A DNA stretch of 64,000 bases from Klebsormidium nitens (taxonomy: Eukaryota > Plantae > Klebsormidiophyceae): the NCBI GenBank assembly GCA_000708835.1, contig DF236969.1:186001-250000 (forward strand). Direction: 5' to 3'. Each line of letters starts with the position of its first letter. Within the stretch, counting starts at the first letter, position 1. Of the stretch, positions 11,401 to 25,000 are shown in pieces. The notes beneath the pieces were generated by a model that was not told the origin of the DNA, ran no database searches, and worked only from the letters and a program-made list of their open reading frames with translations. The translations under genes were made by a program, and so were the position numbers.

Positions 11401-14400
11401 TTCAGCACCTCACATCTTGGCGAATACCCACGGTTGATTACGGGCTGATTAGAAGATGGTCATGTGTCCAGTAACCAGACTCAAGCATAATCAGGTTTCG
11501 AAATGCTCTCGAAATGGTCACAGCCCCGTCATAGATCAAGAAGCAGGGTCAAGTCTGTGTTCCCAGCCTGGATAGAATCCAAACCCTTCCTATGCAAACG
11601 CGCGGGTTCTGTCCTCGAACGAGTCTGCTCCAGAAGCTAGAATTTCCGCGCAAGCTAATAGCCACAATCAGAAGCGTTTTTGCCCGCAGTACCCAACAGC
11701 AGTGAAATATTTCTCCTCAAATCATTCGCCGATGTACACAACAATCCGCCGATAGTTCATGCACCACTTTGCCGGTTGCAATCTAACAAAGACCGCGCGT
11801 CTATGCAACAAACAGCTTCGTTCTGCAACACTTCACCTTTATGGTGACCTATTGCAAACTTGCCTGCAACGTTCTCCTGCTCTCGGACCGCGGCCCTCGC
11901 CTCCCCGTCAGCTGGCAGGGACGGCCACACCGCCGGCCGTGGCCAAGGGGACATGCTCAACGCTGCGCTGTTACACGGACTGATTTCTACGCCGCTCCGG
12001 CGACCGACAACGTCCGCCAGGCGGATCAGCTTCGTCCGAGCGTACGAGTACAAGTCGGCCTGCAGGGATGGTCAATGAACCCTTAGACGTCGAGAGCATA
12101 TGCTGCTTTTGTTTAACGATTGGCTTGCTTCAACAAGGTCTGATGTCCGGTGCCTTCTGCTGGAAGCATGCGTGCTTTCGGCGTAAATAAGAGGCTCTTC
12201 ATTTGCCGGCCCTGATTTCCCTCTGGACCGGGCCTTTTAAACTCCAGACGTTTTAGTTGGAGTACAACCGTAAGCGATTTGGCAGCTCAAAAATAGCTGC
12301 ACAAAGAAGACCATTCCACCGGCTGGAGTACCAAGCAAACGAACGGGCAGGTAGAATGAAGTTATGACTCAGGATCTGGACACCTCCCACCTGCAATCTA
12401 TACAAGTTTTGCTCCGTAGCAGCCGCGTTCGCATGTGTGCGTGCCTGATGCCTCTCCGTGGTGGCCTTCACGAGAGTCATGCACGCCGTGAATACCCAAG
12501 ACTCGCGGAAGCAGAAGGGCAGCTGCCGCTCCTGCTTCCCCAGACTTCGCGAAAGGGCTTGGACGAACGTGAGCCCCCGATCGGCAACCTGCACAAGAAT
12601 ATTGACGGGTATTATCGGTGTTGCGGCGAGGAGTGTGCGTGGTTATGCTTTTGGGCAGACAACTATCCAAGCTCCGACTTCCGGAAACCTTCAGAACACC
12701 CCATGTCTGAGCCGAGGCGTGTCCTTTTAGAGTTCTTCGCTTGTCAATGTGCATCAGGAGAACATACATATCATGGGCGGACATGCATCCTTAACATGTG
12801 AAGCGTTGGGCCAAGCTGCTCATGCAGTCAACACAGTGCACCTTACGGAATTCAAACTGCAATAAAGCTGCGGTAAGAGGCTGTCCGTACCTCCCCTGGT
12901 CGCCCCAAAGCGAACAGCAGGGTTGCCTGGCGCGCGAAGACGTACTGCCGGTAGTCAAACTCCTTGACAGAGTCCTCCAGTACGAAGGTCCGGAAGGGCT
13001 TCCTGTCCCGTTGCAGGAGGGCAGCCCGATCGTCCCCTGTATCGGTCCCCCCAAATTCTCGTGGCCGGCCCTTGCCTTCGTTGCTGAGAGCAACCTCCAG
13101 AAAGCACTGCTCGAGCTCGTCGTATTCCCGAAGAGCGTCTTCCCGTAGCTGCGCCATCTCGAACATAAACGCCAGGCTTTCCTGCATTGAAAGCATAAGC
13201 AGGAGCTCAAGAAGCCGGAACGGCAGTTTAGAAATGATCCTTCTGAGTTGAAACCACTTGTCATGGAGCTTGTCTGGAGACCACGGCAAGCCCCACCTGT
13301 TTCAAGAAGAAGCCGTGAGGAAACAAACTCGCCAAAAGCAACACCGGATCTTCAAAACGCCTCAGCTGAGTGATAGCTGCCAGGAAGAGTCTATTAACAA
13401 TGCACCTGCTCTTCCCGACGTACTCCAGAAATAGGAAGCACCCTCTCCATATACAGAATTCAGCGGAATCACCAACCAACTCGTCAACATTCATACGTTG
13501 CACAGTAAGGTCGTTCGTCCAGCAGGCCACTATTGCCTGTGCAGATCGCCAGTCACATCTGATAATCAAAGTGGGCAAGTATGCAGGAAAAAACGCCTCC
13601 TGGCAGGAGCTCACTTTGACCATGTGGAAGCCCACGAAGTTCCACCCTGGCAGGAAGCGGTTCTCGCTCAACTTCTTCACCTCCTCTTCATAATACTGCA
13701 CCCGAGTATCAAGAGTGTACCGGATGCACTCCACAATTTTCGCCTCAATCTCCTCCCATGCTGCGGCGTCAGCGGTGAACAGATCCAGCTTGCAGCACCT
13801 AGAAGTGGTCAAGTAATGAGTTGAAACTCCTCTGTGAAGGAGATCACACGATGATTACAGGCAGGGTGGAGGCATTTTTTGATGAAATATCAGGATACTT
13901 AATGACTTGTTCAAAGCGGAGGCCTTGATCCAGACTGATAACCTGTCACTAGTTGAGAGCCAACAAGCTTTCTGGGGCCCTTAAAATTTCTCAAGCTACT
14001 CACCTTTCCCGTTTCTTCGTGTTGAAATCATCTTCAAGTCTGGCATAGACTCTCTTTGCCGCTTTGATCGCTGCATCTGTAACTGTGCTCTTGACCACAT
14101 ATAGGATGAGCCACTCGCGGTACTCTGAAGCGACCATAGACCGCAGGCGGGGTCGGACGGCTGCCTTGTACTCATCGGAATCCTGCGAGGGATGAGAACC
14201 ACAGGAACTTAGATGGAGTGCCTGCCTCGTAAAGATACAATCTCAGCCAGCAACAACCTCTCAGCAGTCATGGTTTGAACGTCTGAAGTTTTCAACCATC
14301 CCTGCACCTCCAGGAACTATGACAAAGTTGCAATATATGAGGGAACTTTTCATTTACAGTGAAAAACATTTGTGCTTGAAGCACCGGCAGTCTGCTGTCA

Positions 14401-14911
14401 TAGCTTGACTACTACCACCAGATAACCTCCATGGCAGTCTGAGACTTACTTCGCAAGTGACTACAATGAGGTGGCAATATGGATGGCGGAACCAGAATGG
14501 GGTCCTCTGTCCTTCGGGCCGACTTCTCAGGCGGCTGTCAGTTGAGGTGATAAATTCCACTAGCAGCTTCTCGAGTGCCACCGGATTCTTGGTCTTGTTG
14601 TTCAGAGTAGCCCTCTTGAATGGAGCCCGACTTTCAAAAGCATCCTTGATGAGCGGCCAGAAGTTCCAAGTGTCCTCCACTGCGAGGGGACAACAAGTGG
14701 CATGAGAATCTTCATGATTACATCAACAATGCACCTCGGGTCCAGTACAATCAGAACGACTCATTCAAAAATGACAAAATGAAACAATGAATGCAGGGCA
14801 ACTCAGACTTGCAAATATGCAGGCTGGCATGGAATTGCGCTTACCTGACACAATCAATTTCTCGTTGACATCGGGGGCATTGTACTGCTCAGGAGTGTAC
14901 AGGAAAGCCAT
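5497..14911 (-). CDS. TRAPPC10: TRAPP II complex subunit 10 (TRS130/CLUB), 16 exons
   Basis: Exons in transcript order: 14911-14845, 14679-14450, 14182-14004, 13798-13615, 13181-12891, 12588-12391, 12059-11864, 11378-11232, 10933-10629, 10238-10026, 9682-9500, 9197-9026, 8446-7491, 7034-6444, 6025-5868, 5572-5497. All splice phases are compatible. The product is colinear with plant TRS130 (ESLAFMFEMAQLREDALREYDELE; RHGVVMDGE; PVSLDISSLLTF; WMIAGRRKG; PAGPHLVCVLPP). Two introns are GC-AG. Confidence 0.95.
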
Positions 14912-15744
14912 CTTCAAGCTTTGTCAAGTATTTGAAATCGCAAATACCCCCTTTTGACAGAAATCCTTGCGAATGAAAGCTGCCCCCAATTCAGGAGGAT
15001 ACTTTTTTGGCCCACTACCACCAAATTTACAAGGCCGCCAGAGCTGTGCAGGATGCAACTACAACCACCACCTTCATTTACATCATAGCATCAGAATGCT
15101 TGCCACTGGTCTCAAATTTTGTAAGACAATTTGCAACCAGCTATAGTTGACCACTGGGCTCAAGGGAGGATCTGGAAAATCTGGAGAGCTGAAAGCAAAG
15201 CTGTGGCTCTAGATTGAAGCCTACAGACCAAGCTACATTCTTCTTCTATTTTGACAGGGCCACTTGTCCCCCACATAATACCGGGATGTCGAAAGATTCT
15301 TGCTCATAACCAATGACATTATGGCGTAGGCAACCGCGCCACTTTTATACGTCAATCTAGAAAGAGGATATGAGGTTGTTTAAGAGGGACCCTGAACAAG
15401 CTTTCAGTCGCCTTGCAGCAATTGCTCAAACTCTAAAGCAGCTGCCTGGTGCTGGCACACCACGAGAGACGTGCAGAAGCTGGGCTTGACGCCTTGGTCT
15501 ACAGACCTCTACAGGCTCTAGTCTAATAGACCAGCAGACTCTCACATGTACAGCTAGAGCTCTTCAGACTTCATTTACCTACTTGAAGTTGAAGTTGCTT
15601 CTCCTCACGAGTAGTGTCTCCTTCCTCGCTGCACTGCCCCGATCGGACGGCAACACTGCGATTATTGACAAGGTACTGGCTATCTGACGGTCGAGAAACT
15701 ATTGCTTTGTCCCTCTGTTGCGTGCCTATTTCCAGGCGCAGGGC

Positions 15745-15753
15745 AAACCCTAA
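15745..15753 (+). promoter_or_regulatory. Telo-box (AAACCCTAA) in the divergent TRAPPC10/Furry promoter
   Basis: Exact AAACCCTAA between two head-to-head ATGs (14911 and about 16093). The telo-box is a known plant 5'-region motif; function here is unproven. Confidence 0.4.
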
Positions 15754-16092
15754 TCTGCGGCGCTCTGATCGAGGGGCACGGAGCTGTATTTACAGTCCGA
15801 GGCCCTGGCAGCTGCCAGCTGGTGAGTGACTGAAATCTGGGCGGTGAGCTGGGCTGCTGGGGCGCCACTATCCTGTGGAGCTGGGGGAAGAGTGACAGTC
15901 CTTAAAACGCTGATTGATTTTCATCTTTAGGTTTGAATCGCAGATGCCGAAGTACTTGCTGCTCAAGGTCAGGGAATTGGAGCCTAGAGTTGGGCCTCTG
16001 AAAGTGTGAAGGATGATGATGTCCCAAGCTAACTTCATTTGAGCTGTCATTGGGGCAATATGCCAGCCAGAACGAAAGCTAATCCTGGGGCG

Positions 16093-19000
16093 ATGGACGA
16101 CGTGAGTGATCAGGTTCGGGTCCTCATTTTGAGGCAGGTGCAGCTAAATGCGACGATGGCAGGAGAACATCCGCCGCCCATTCCAGCCAAGCTGATTACG
16201 CCGTTGATGACAAGGGTCTTGGCTTTCCAGCTGCCAGATGTAACGACAGGGCTGGAGCTTCTTCAGTCATATCTGCTAGATCTATGTGAAGCTGGAAGGT
16301 AAGTCTGACTGACTGAGTCCTTCATTGCACGTGTTGGTCGCTTGGTCGTATCTCTCTTAGAAGTTGCACGAATGAAAGGAATAGCAGGGCGTGTCACCGT
16401 TATTGGTGGAGTATGTTGGTACATCAACATCGATCCATGAAGCTTCTTCTCAGTGGCCAGCTTCAATTTTCTAAGATAAGCTCACTCTGGTTGCAGTCTG
16501 TCCATTGCGGAGTTAATCGACGAGCTGATGAAGCTTCCAGCAATATTTGATCCCGTATCCAAGGCTTACACAGCTGCAAGGCTATTCACTTTGACCGTAC
16601 TCAGAAAGGCATTGACCTCTGCGGAGCAATGTGCTGCTACATCACCAGGTAAGTATGACCTCTCACAAAGTGTTTTCAGATCATATAATGTCAGGGTACT
16701 CTGTTTGCAAACGAAATTGATGAGTCATATGTATTAAGTCTGGTCGTTGTACACTTCATTTCGGGTGGTGCCCAAAGAAACCTGTCAAGAAGAAGTTTCT
16801 TTTGCAACTCCGGGAACTTCTGACCATCCTATCAGAACTGCTGAAATCCATAATGTGAGAGCCTTGTTGTTGCAAGTGACCAGAATGACAGAGCTGTTTC
16901 AAAGTTCCTCCTCTTGGATGCAGGTATTTGGGAAGGGCTGCACCCCCCCCATTTGGCATTCGTACTTGATGGCCTGATGGCAGTCCCACGCTTTGAGGAA
17001 TTCGCAGAATATTCAGGCGATTTTACTGGGACCAGCATGGAATTCTCAAGCACCACTGGGGCTGTGCCTTTCAAGCAATCGCAAGCACTCGCAGCTTTGG
17101 AGCGGAGTCTAGCCTTTCTCTCACGAAGGCATCTGGTGCCACTGGTGAACCTAGTGCTCGAGAGACTTGCAGAGAAACTGCCGGCGGCAGGTGAGAGAAT
17201 GATTTCACAGAGGTTTACCTTTGACCATGGCTTGGGCGATCTCACCCAACACAGGGCCATTTTAGCACATATGTCTCTTGATTCTAAACATGCACTTGGA
17301 TTTTAAAGGTACTCATCGACTCAGACATAAGTTGCAATTTGTCTGACCAATTCTGACAGCTTACCACACTGCAGGTTCTGGAGCATTCTCAGGGATGATT
17401 TCGAATGCCTTTCATAGTGGTGGGGCCTCTTCTCCGAAATGGATGCTGCAAGCATCTTTCCTGAGTGCCGCTGGTATGTGGCAATTCAGCTTCTTGGAAA
17501 GCGACAAGGAAGAAGCAACATGCCGCCTCCTGCAAGCTGTCTGGGATTCTGCAATTCCTGACGCGCAAAGAAGCAGCCAGGTGAGCAACTACCTTCGAGA
17601 TTGTGTGTTAGTTAATCTGTAAGAGTGCCATCCTTCCGGCACTTCCGGCTGACGTGTAGCAACGGTTTCTCTCTGACTCGTAGTTGGCAAAACTTGAATG
17701 AAGTAGAGCACATTTGGCGTGTTGTCAGTTGAGAGAATCAAAGTCACAGACAACAGTCTGCCAGATCCATGCAATTGCGCGAACACTGGAGAACCAGGAA
17801 TGCCTTACTTTCTAATCCGGGGTAATTATGCCTGCCTGCAGAGACGTGTTCTTCTTATCGCTCTCACTGAGATCTGGCGCACCCTCTCACAAGAGGTCCA
17901 CGCCTCCCCTCGAGGGGCGGCTGAATGGAAGGACCTGCTGGGGCCTGAACCGAAGTCGCTGGGAGCCCTGTTCGAGTTGCAGGAGCACTTCTTCTCGACT
18001 GCACAGAAGTGGATCAGGAAGCAGAAGATTAGGAACGAGGCCCTGTCGTTTATGCAGGTAAGCCTTAAAGATATCTACGCACGGAGACCGTGTGCAGGTT
18101 TCGAGGGCCCCTCTGCAGCGAGCCAAACAAGGGCATACACGAAAGCGAAAAAGGAGCCGCATGACTTCGACTTGGCATTCTTTGTCAAGCCGAATGAGAC
18201 TAAACACCGTTTCAACCCGTGTGCGTGGACCTTTCCAAGCCCGCTGAATTGGAATCAATGCCCTCGCAGGTCTTACTGTGCCACGGAAAGCCGGAGTTCT
18301 TCAAGTCGAAGCATCGGGGGTTTTTTGTGACTGCGCTGGTGGCGGCTTGCAATGACGCACCAAGCAGAAGCGGCGCACTGCAGGTTGCGGCAGCGTATCT
18401 CGAGCAGGCACCGGAGATCTTCGTCAACCAGGTAAGAATGTTGCGATGAGGTGATATGCTCTTCGTCTTAGCTACTTAGTGAAAGCCCCGCATAAGTGGC
18501 TTGCACGACAAAAGTTCCAACATCTTACAGCCGGAGAAGCCTCACCATGAGTGCACAAGAATCCTACGAACGATAAGTGCTCCATGAGCTGGGAGACTCT
18601 CGAGTGCTTTCAAGAGTTACCGCACAGTAATCGGCTTCGTCTGCCTATCGTCTGTCTTCCAAAGCTTGGTTCGAGTTGGCTTTTCAAACAAGTTGACCGA
18701 GGCGAGTTTTGGACCATACCCTCTTGCAGATTCGGGAGGTTTGGAAAGCGGAGGTGCTGACGCTCAGCGCGGCAACCTTTCCAAAGCGCGTGGCCTGCCC
18801 GGCGACGGAGTTCAAGGCCCTAACGGAGTTCCTGACCGCCACAGCACGCCTCGAGCTGAAGCTGGGTGTGACGGCCATCCAAAGCATCCTCTCGTCACCT
18901 AGGCATCACGCAACACAGAAGGTAAACGCGCCCCGAGTGCTTCCGTTCGGCAAATCGCCTTTCATTCCTGCCTCCCAGTCTTGTTTGAATGCGCACTGTC

Positions 19001-22000
19001 TGAACGGTGAAATGGTCTTCTTCTGGCCCAATGCTCATCGCAACCAAATCAAATGACTCACCTCCGTCTTTTACCCGTTTCTGTCCAGGTCGTGGCACTT
19101 CGGGCCCTCAAAGCTCTCATGGCGAAGAAGTCCTCCGTCAAGATTCTTGCCTTGGACCAAACGCTGCTTCCGACAGTGAGTAACAACCCGCGCTCACTTC
19201 TCCGGGTGAAAGACTGAGCTTGTCTGCAAAGTTTTCAAAATGTGCCATCCGGCTGGAAGCTTTACTGCCATACCTCGCAGACTATGGCTTCCGACGGCTG
19301 GTCTCGTCTTTTCCACCGGGAGTCGGACAGATCTGCTCGCCCAAGAAATTGATGGAAGCAAAGATATCTACAAATGAGTGTCACTATGAAAGGAACACCT
19401 AAATGACCGAGAGCAATTAGGTCGCAATCGATGTCAGGCGACAAGTAGGTTGCAATGGTTGTCAGTCGACAAGTCAGTATCTCTATGACTCACCTCCTCT
19501 CGTATGTCTGTTGCAGATCCTGGGCTGTATTGCTGACAAAACCGAGCCCTTTCTCGCCGTCGAGGCCGTTTTCTGCCTGCCACCCGTCTGGCCTTCTCTT
19601 CCGACTGCGCGCTCGGCTGCGCCTCCTGAAGTGGACAAGGCCTCGAAGGGCCAGTCTGCTCCACAGCGGGTGGTAGATTCCAAGGAGGAAATCATGGAAG
19701 CTCTGGAAGAGTTTGCGAGGTCCACAGACAGGTATCCTACTTGTGACAATACTGCCATGCCCTAGAGTCCGTGTCCTTTTTCTGCCATGCAACTGTGCAA
19801 ATAGCTCCTGAAAAATTGAAGGTCAAATCTCCCTAAACGAACAGTCTCGAAGGATGATCTTTCACGGACAAGACTGACAGGTCCTCAACGCCCTCTAAGG
19901 ACCCGAAATATCCAGTTGACGATGATTGATGTAAAGAGTTTGGTTGTCCTATTTTCGACAATCTAACTCAACATGGCTTCTTGTTCACTGCAGGATGATT
20001 GCTGCAGCCGCTATCAAGGCTCTGCGGGAGCTTGCTCCCTTGCTGAGCCCTTTCGAGCTTCTGAGAGCTCTTAAGATCCATGCTTACACCGTCACGGCCG
20101 ACCTTCAGGCGTCCGTTGAAGCATGGTAAGCCCTCAAGTTGCCCGTCGCCTTCTACGAGCACCTCAGTGCAGAAGTCTTCGTACTGAAAACGTGGGGACT
20201 GAAAGAGTAGGACCGGCAAGCTCAGCTGTAAAGCGATCCTTCCTGACCCCAAGCGAAGGTTCGGTACTGTAACTGGAAGTGTGACCGTGTCCAGAAACCA
20301 CATAGCAGCAAAATTCACGTCGCTTGAATGTGATCCGAAGCCGGTTTCTGATTTTCTTCAGGACGACCAACCTCGAAGACGTGCGAAGTATCCTCGCCAC
20401 CTTGAAAGCGGCCACTCAAGCAGCTCCAGCCGCTGAAAGACGCGCTACCAACGGATCACCAACTTCACCGGAAGCTCCGAGCCCAGTGGTTGACCCTCTC
20501 ATTCCTCAAGCTCAGTGGTGCCAGACAAGACTGAAGGTGGAGGGCCTGTCCCTTCTGGGGCTAATGCACCCAGACAAGCTCGTATGGGAGAAGGCGAGAG
20601 TGGTGCTTGCAGCCCTGAACGACCCCAAGTTTCGAGAAATGGAAGCTAGAGCCGAACCGGCGCCGCTTTCTCCGAGACCGCAGGCTAGGATGTCTGCGCC
20701 GGAGGCTGTACTTAAAAGTTCCACGGAGAGCGGGACGGAACCGGTCGACAGCACGAGGGGAGACAGCGCCGCAGTTTCCAGCGACTGGGAGAGTCGGTCG
20801 GGCTCTGAAGGCGCGGAGCAGGCAGCCAGCGTTCCGTTTCTGGCGGACGCTCTCTTAGTCGGACAGCCGCAGGGTTTGGGCGCGGAGGTTTGGGAGCGGC
20901 GAAGCGGGGCGGTCGGTGTGGCTTGGGCGCCGGAGCTGTGGCCATTCTTGGTCCAGCAGAGCGAGAGGTACTCATTCTGCATCGAGTGGGTTTGGAACAA
21001 GGTCCGGAGGCACAAGACGGAATGGAAGGCCGCGAGTCAAGATAGGAGCAAGGTGCAAGGAGAGGACGCCTCGACCTCCAGAATGCCATCGGCAGCGCCT
21101 TCCGGCGTGGAGGAGGCCTCACAACATTCTGCCCAGCTGCAGCGGAACCACGTGTACTTTCTGTGCCTGTGCATGCGAGAGACGCAGCATCCGGAAGTGA
21201 GTAACGGCCTCCCGTAAGCCTGTGCTATAATGCTTGTATTTGCCGCCCTGCTTTTGGATCTTGATCCAACTATGCCCAAAAGCCTGCGCTTCTGCATCCC
21301 TCAGGATTCCATGTGAGGTTTTTACTCATGCGGCAGAACTCCCGTGGCTAGCCAATCGCATAAAAAGTTGGATGGATACAAAGGCCGGGTAGCCAGTCTA
21401 TTGATACCGGAGTCTTCTTTGTAATTTTTGTCTTGGGTTTGAAGTTTCTGCTCAGCTGATGAGCGATGCAAAGCTGAAAATGTGGGTGGGAAACTGACAC
21501 ACATTCGACTCTGTGCGTGGACAGCTGGACCTCGACGAGGCCGCCAAAGGCCGCAAGCGCCAGGTGTTTCAGTGGGCCGACGTGGCAGCCAAGCCGGGAC
21601 TTCCGCTGATGACGTCCAAGGGCGTCACCGCTCGCAAGGCCGCTCGCGCCGACGACGAGGCGCGCGCTTGGCTCAATAAGCGGCGCATGACGCGCGCAGC
21701 GGTGCGCGAGTGCCTGCAGCAGGTGTGGGAGCACGTGCAGGGCGTGTACGAGGGGGTGGCCGGCGACGAGACAGCGCAGCTCCTGCTATGCGTGGACGCC
21801 ATCCACGCCTCCTGCCATGAGGATCTTATTCTGGAGGTAGGCCGAACAACGGGCATCCGATCTGCAATCTAGAAATGCTTCCAATATCTTTCTCGTCAGA
21901 GACAGATGACCTCACTGGTCGTAACAGAAGCAAGACAGCTCAACTCCGGAGAGGGGAACGTCGCTCGATTTTTATAGTAAGAAACGGGATCTTCAAAGTT

Positions 22001-25000
22001 GCTTTCATTGTTCGATGAGCGCACCAGGTTCGACAGTAGCATCGATAAATGGTCAGAAAGTGTGGGAAGGGCACTCTTTTTGACAACGACTATCTTTCTT
22101 TCCAGCTGAAACGATACCAAACGCAGCAGCGGATGGGCGCCGCCCCTCTCTCAACCACCACCCACCACAGCAGCAATAGCGTCAACAGCGGAAACATCAT
22201 GCGGAAGGGTTCGATGCAATTGCCGGGGTCACCTACCAAACGTTACGACGGCACCTTCGAGTTCCAATCGGCGGCCACATCGGACTTCTATTACCAGGTA
22301 TGAGCCCTGTAGTTTCGCACTTTCCAACTGAACCTTTGGGCCTCCTGAACCTGACACGCCGAGGCCACGACCTTGTCATTCAAGTCCCAGTAACTCCCAT
22401 CATTATTGCACTTCCACTCCGCAATGCTTACAATTCCTCGTCCTCATAACGCGCCACCTTTCGCCATTCTCCCTCAAGAGGATTGCGTGCAAGCAAGCCT
22501 CAAATACAGAAAAGAGCGCTCTGATTGCTGAGTGCATTAACGCGGGCACTGAAGCATGTGTGGTTTCCAACTTCAGGAGAATGTGCTGTACGTGTTGGCT
22601 GGCCTGTACGCCCGCACGTCCCCCGAGGACTATCGAGCGGCACCAGCGCCAGTCCGGAGCGCTCTGGAGGAGTTCGTCGGGGCCTGGTCCCGGGAGCAGG
22701 ACCTGAGCAACTTCGCGGGGCTGAGTGTCAAGGTGGGCCTGCTTTCGTGAAAAGCACGCGAAAGTTTAATAGACAAGGAGATCCATCTGTTTGATAGGAG
22801 CAACTCAGATTTGTCGGGCACTTTGCATTTGGGTAAAGTCAATGACAAGGGCAGAGTTGGTCAAGATTGCAGCCTGTGTTACCACGACTGACCTTCAGTA
22901 CAACTTACGTGGGTCGTTGAAAGATGGGTCGGTTCTCAACGTACTCGCGCCGATGATTGTGGTTCAGACGCGACCTTTTCAACACACAACTCGCTTGCTT
23001 GGTCGAAATGTGTCCTTGAGCTTGACCGCTTCGGACGTCTGCTGAGCTCTAATTCGTCTGCAGGTCCGCATGTACGCCGTCCGCATCATTGAGCTGTACC
23101 TGCTGTACACCACGGCCGCGGTGCAGGCCGCCGTCGCCCACACCGGAGCGTCCGGTGCGGACCGAGCGGAGCAGGAAGCGGCGTTCGTCCCGTCGCTCAC
23201 GTACCGGACCAACATGTTCAAATGCCTCACCGTCAAGTGGAGCCACGGGCTGCCGCCCGCAGGTTCTGCGGCAGGTTCTGGAGCCACGGCCGCCGGTAAG
23301 TCCTCGACTTGACAACTAAAGATAAGATGGTGTTAGCCGAAAGCGTTTCGGTCGGTCCTCGGTTCTGCTCTGCGGTGTGCGCCTTGTGTCGCGTTAGCTG
23401 ACCAAAGTAGCATTGTCATGCTGCATGCATGATGGATCACAAGATGAAAGATGGATTTCACACCTGTCAATGTCCGCTGGAAAGAAAGTAACGGCTCTAA
23501 GTTACGCGCAACGACTCTCGGAGCTTTGTCTCGGTGAATATCTCCTGCATTGTGTCTGGCACGGCGCGTAGCATTGAGCCGGCCTTTCCCGTTTCCAGAT
23601 GACACAAGGCGCAAGACCGGTGCTCCTGGGGGGAAAGGGAGCGAGCGGCCATCCAGCCTGGACGACGCAGTTGCGAAGGCGGTCGCAGCCCTCGTCAGCA
23701 TGGGCCCCTTGAAGGACCGGGACTTCGAGAACACCCTCCTGCGCTACTTACAGGTGGGCCGCCGCTTCAAAGGTTGCAACCAGTCGCACATTGTTGTTTT
23801 GCGTTGCTTCAAGGTAAACGAGCGCCTGAGTTGACGAGATGGTGCTAGGCAGCTTGTCGATGAATGAGCCGCTTCGTGATGTCATTCAGTGAGCTGAACC
23901 CAGCATCATCCAATTCGAGTGTTGGATGGATTGGATGGTTTTTTGGTAATCCCCGTCGGGAGAAACAGCCTTGCCTGAAACCTCTTTCTGCAACCCAATC
24001 GAAACACTTGCGCTCCGTTTCGTTCTTTTATCTTAATTCAACTTTCTGCAGCTTCTTCCAAATGATTAAGCTCACAGGTGACATGGATTCACGGTCACTA
24101 GGGGAAGGCCTTGCATTCCTTGCCCTCCGATCCGTCTGTCGCTGTCAATTCAGGCCAATCGGAGAAAGGGAAGGAATCCTCTGCTCTTAGCAAACCGTAT
24201 ACCATTGCCACCTGGCAGACGTACCACGCGCGCGGCAGCCCCGGTGTGCGCGCTCAGGTGGCCGAGTCGATGGCCGTGTTCCTGCGGCACAACCCGCACC
24301 GCGTGCGCAGCTTCATCGCCGGCAGCTTCGCACAGCTCCACCGCGTGCTCGAGAAGGACGAGGCGGCCGCGCTCGCGCTCACCTACTTCCGCGCGCTCGC
24401 GCGCAGCGTGGAGAGCGAGCTGGAGGAGTGGCTCACCGTGCGGGGGCTGCACCCGGCCAAGGTGGGCCGCGTTCGGACACTCGGTTGACGAGTCGTCAAC
24501 AGGATGGTATTGTGTTGGTACTAGATGGTCATTCTCAGTCGGCCGCTAAGCCATGGACGTAGATCTTGGGTAATGAGATCCGATCTACTTTCCTTTGGGA
24601 AGTAGACACGATGACCGAGCACTTTTGTAACACCTGCTTCTGTGAAGTCGCCTCAATGAGTCATACCGGCTTTTGCCCAACATAGAGTTGAAGTGCTCTT
24701 TTCTCTGCTCGCAGATCTTGCACCTCTGCCTCCTGCATCTGACGTCAACAGGCGAGGCGTTCCGCCACGTGGCGCTCGAGCTGCTTGCCACGCTGGAGAG
24801 CAACGCAGAGCGCCCCGCTGCCCTGCTTCAGGGGGTTCTACCCGCCCACAACGACGCCCCCCCCGAGCTGTACATAGCGGCGGCAGTCACGACTTCGGTC
24901 CACCTCGCGGATGCTCACCCCGAGTACACCGTAGCCATAATGAAAGAAGCGCTGTCGCTCCAGCAGATCCTTCCCAAAGACGTCATCCCCACGATTCTGA

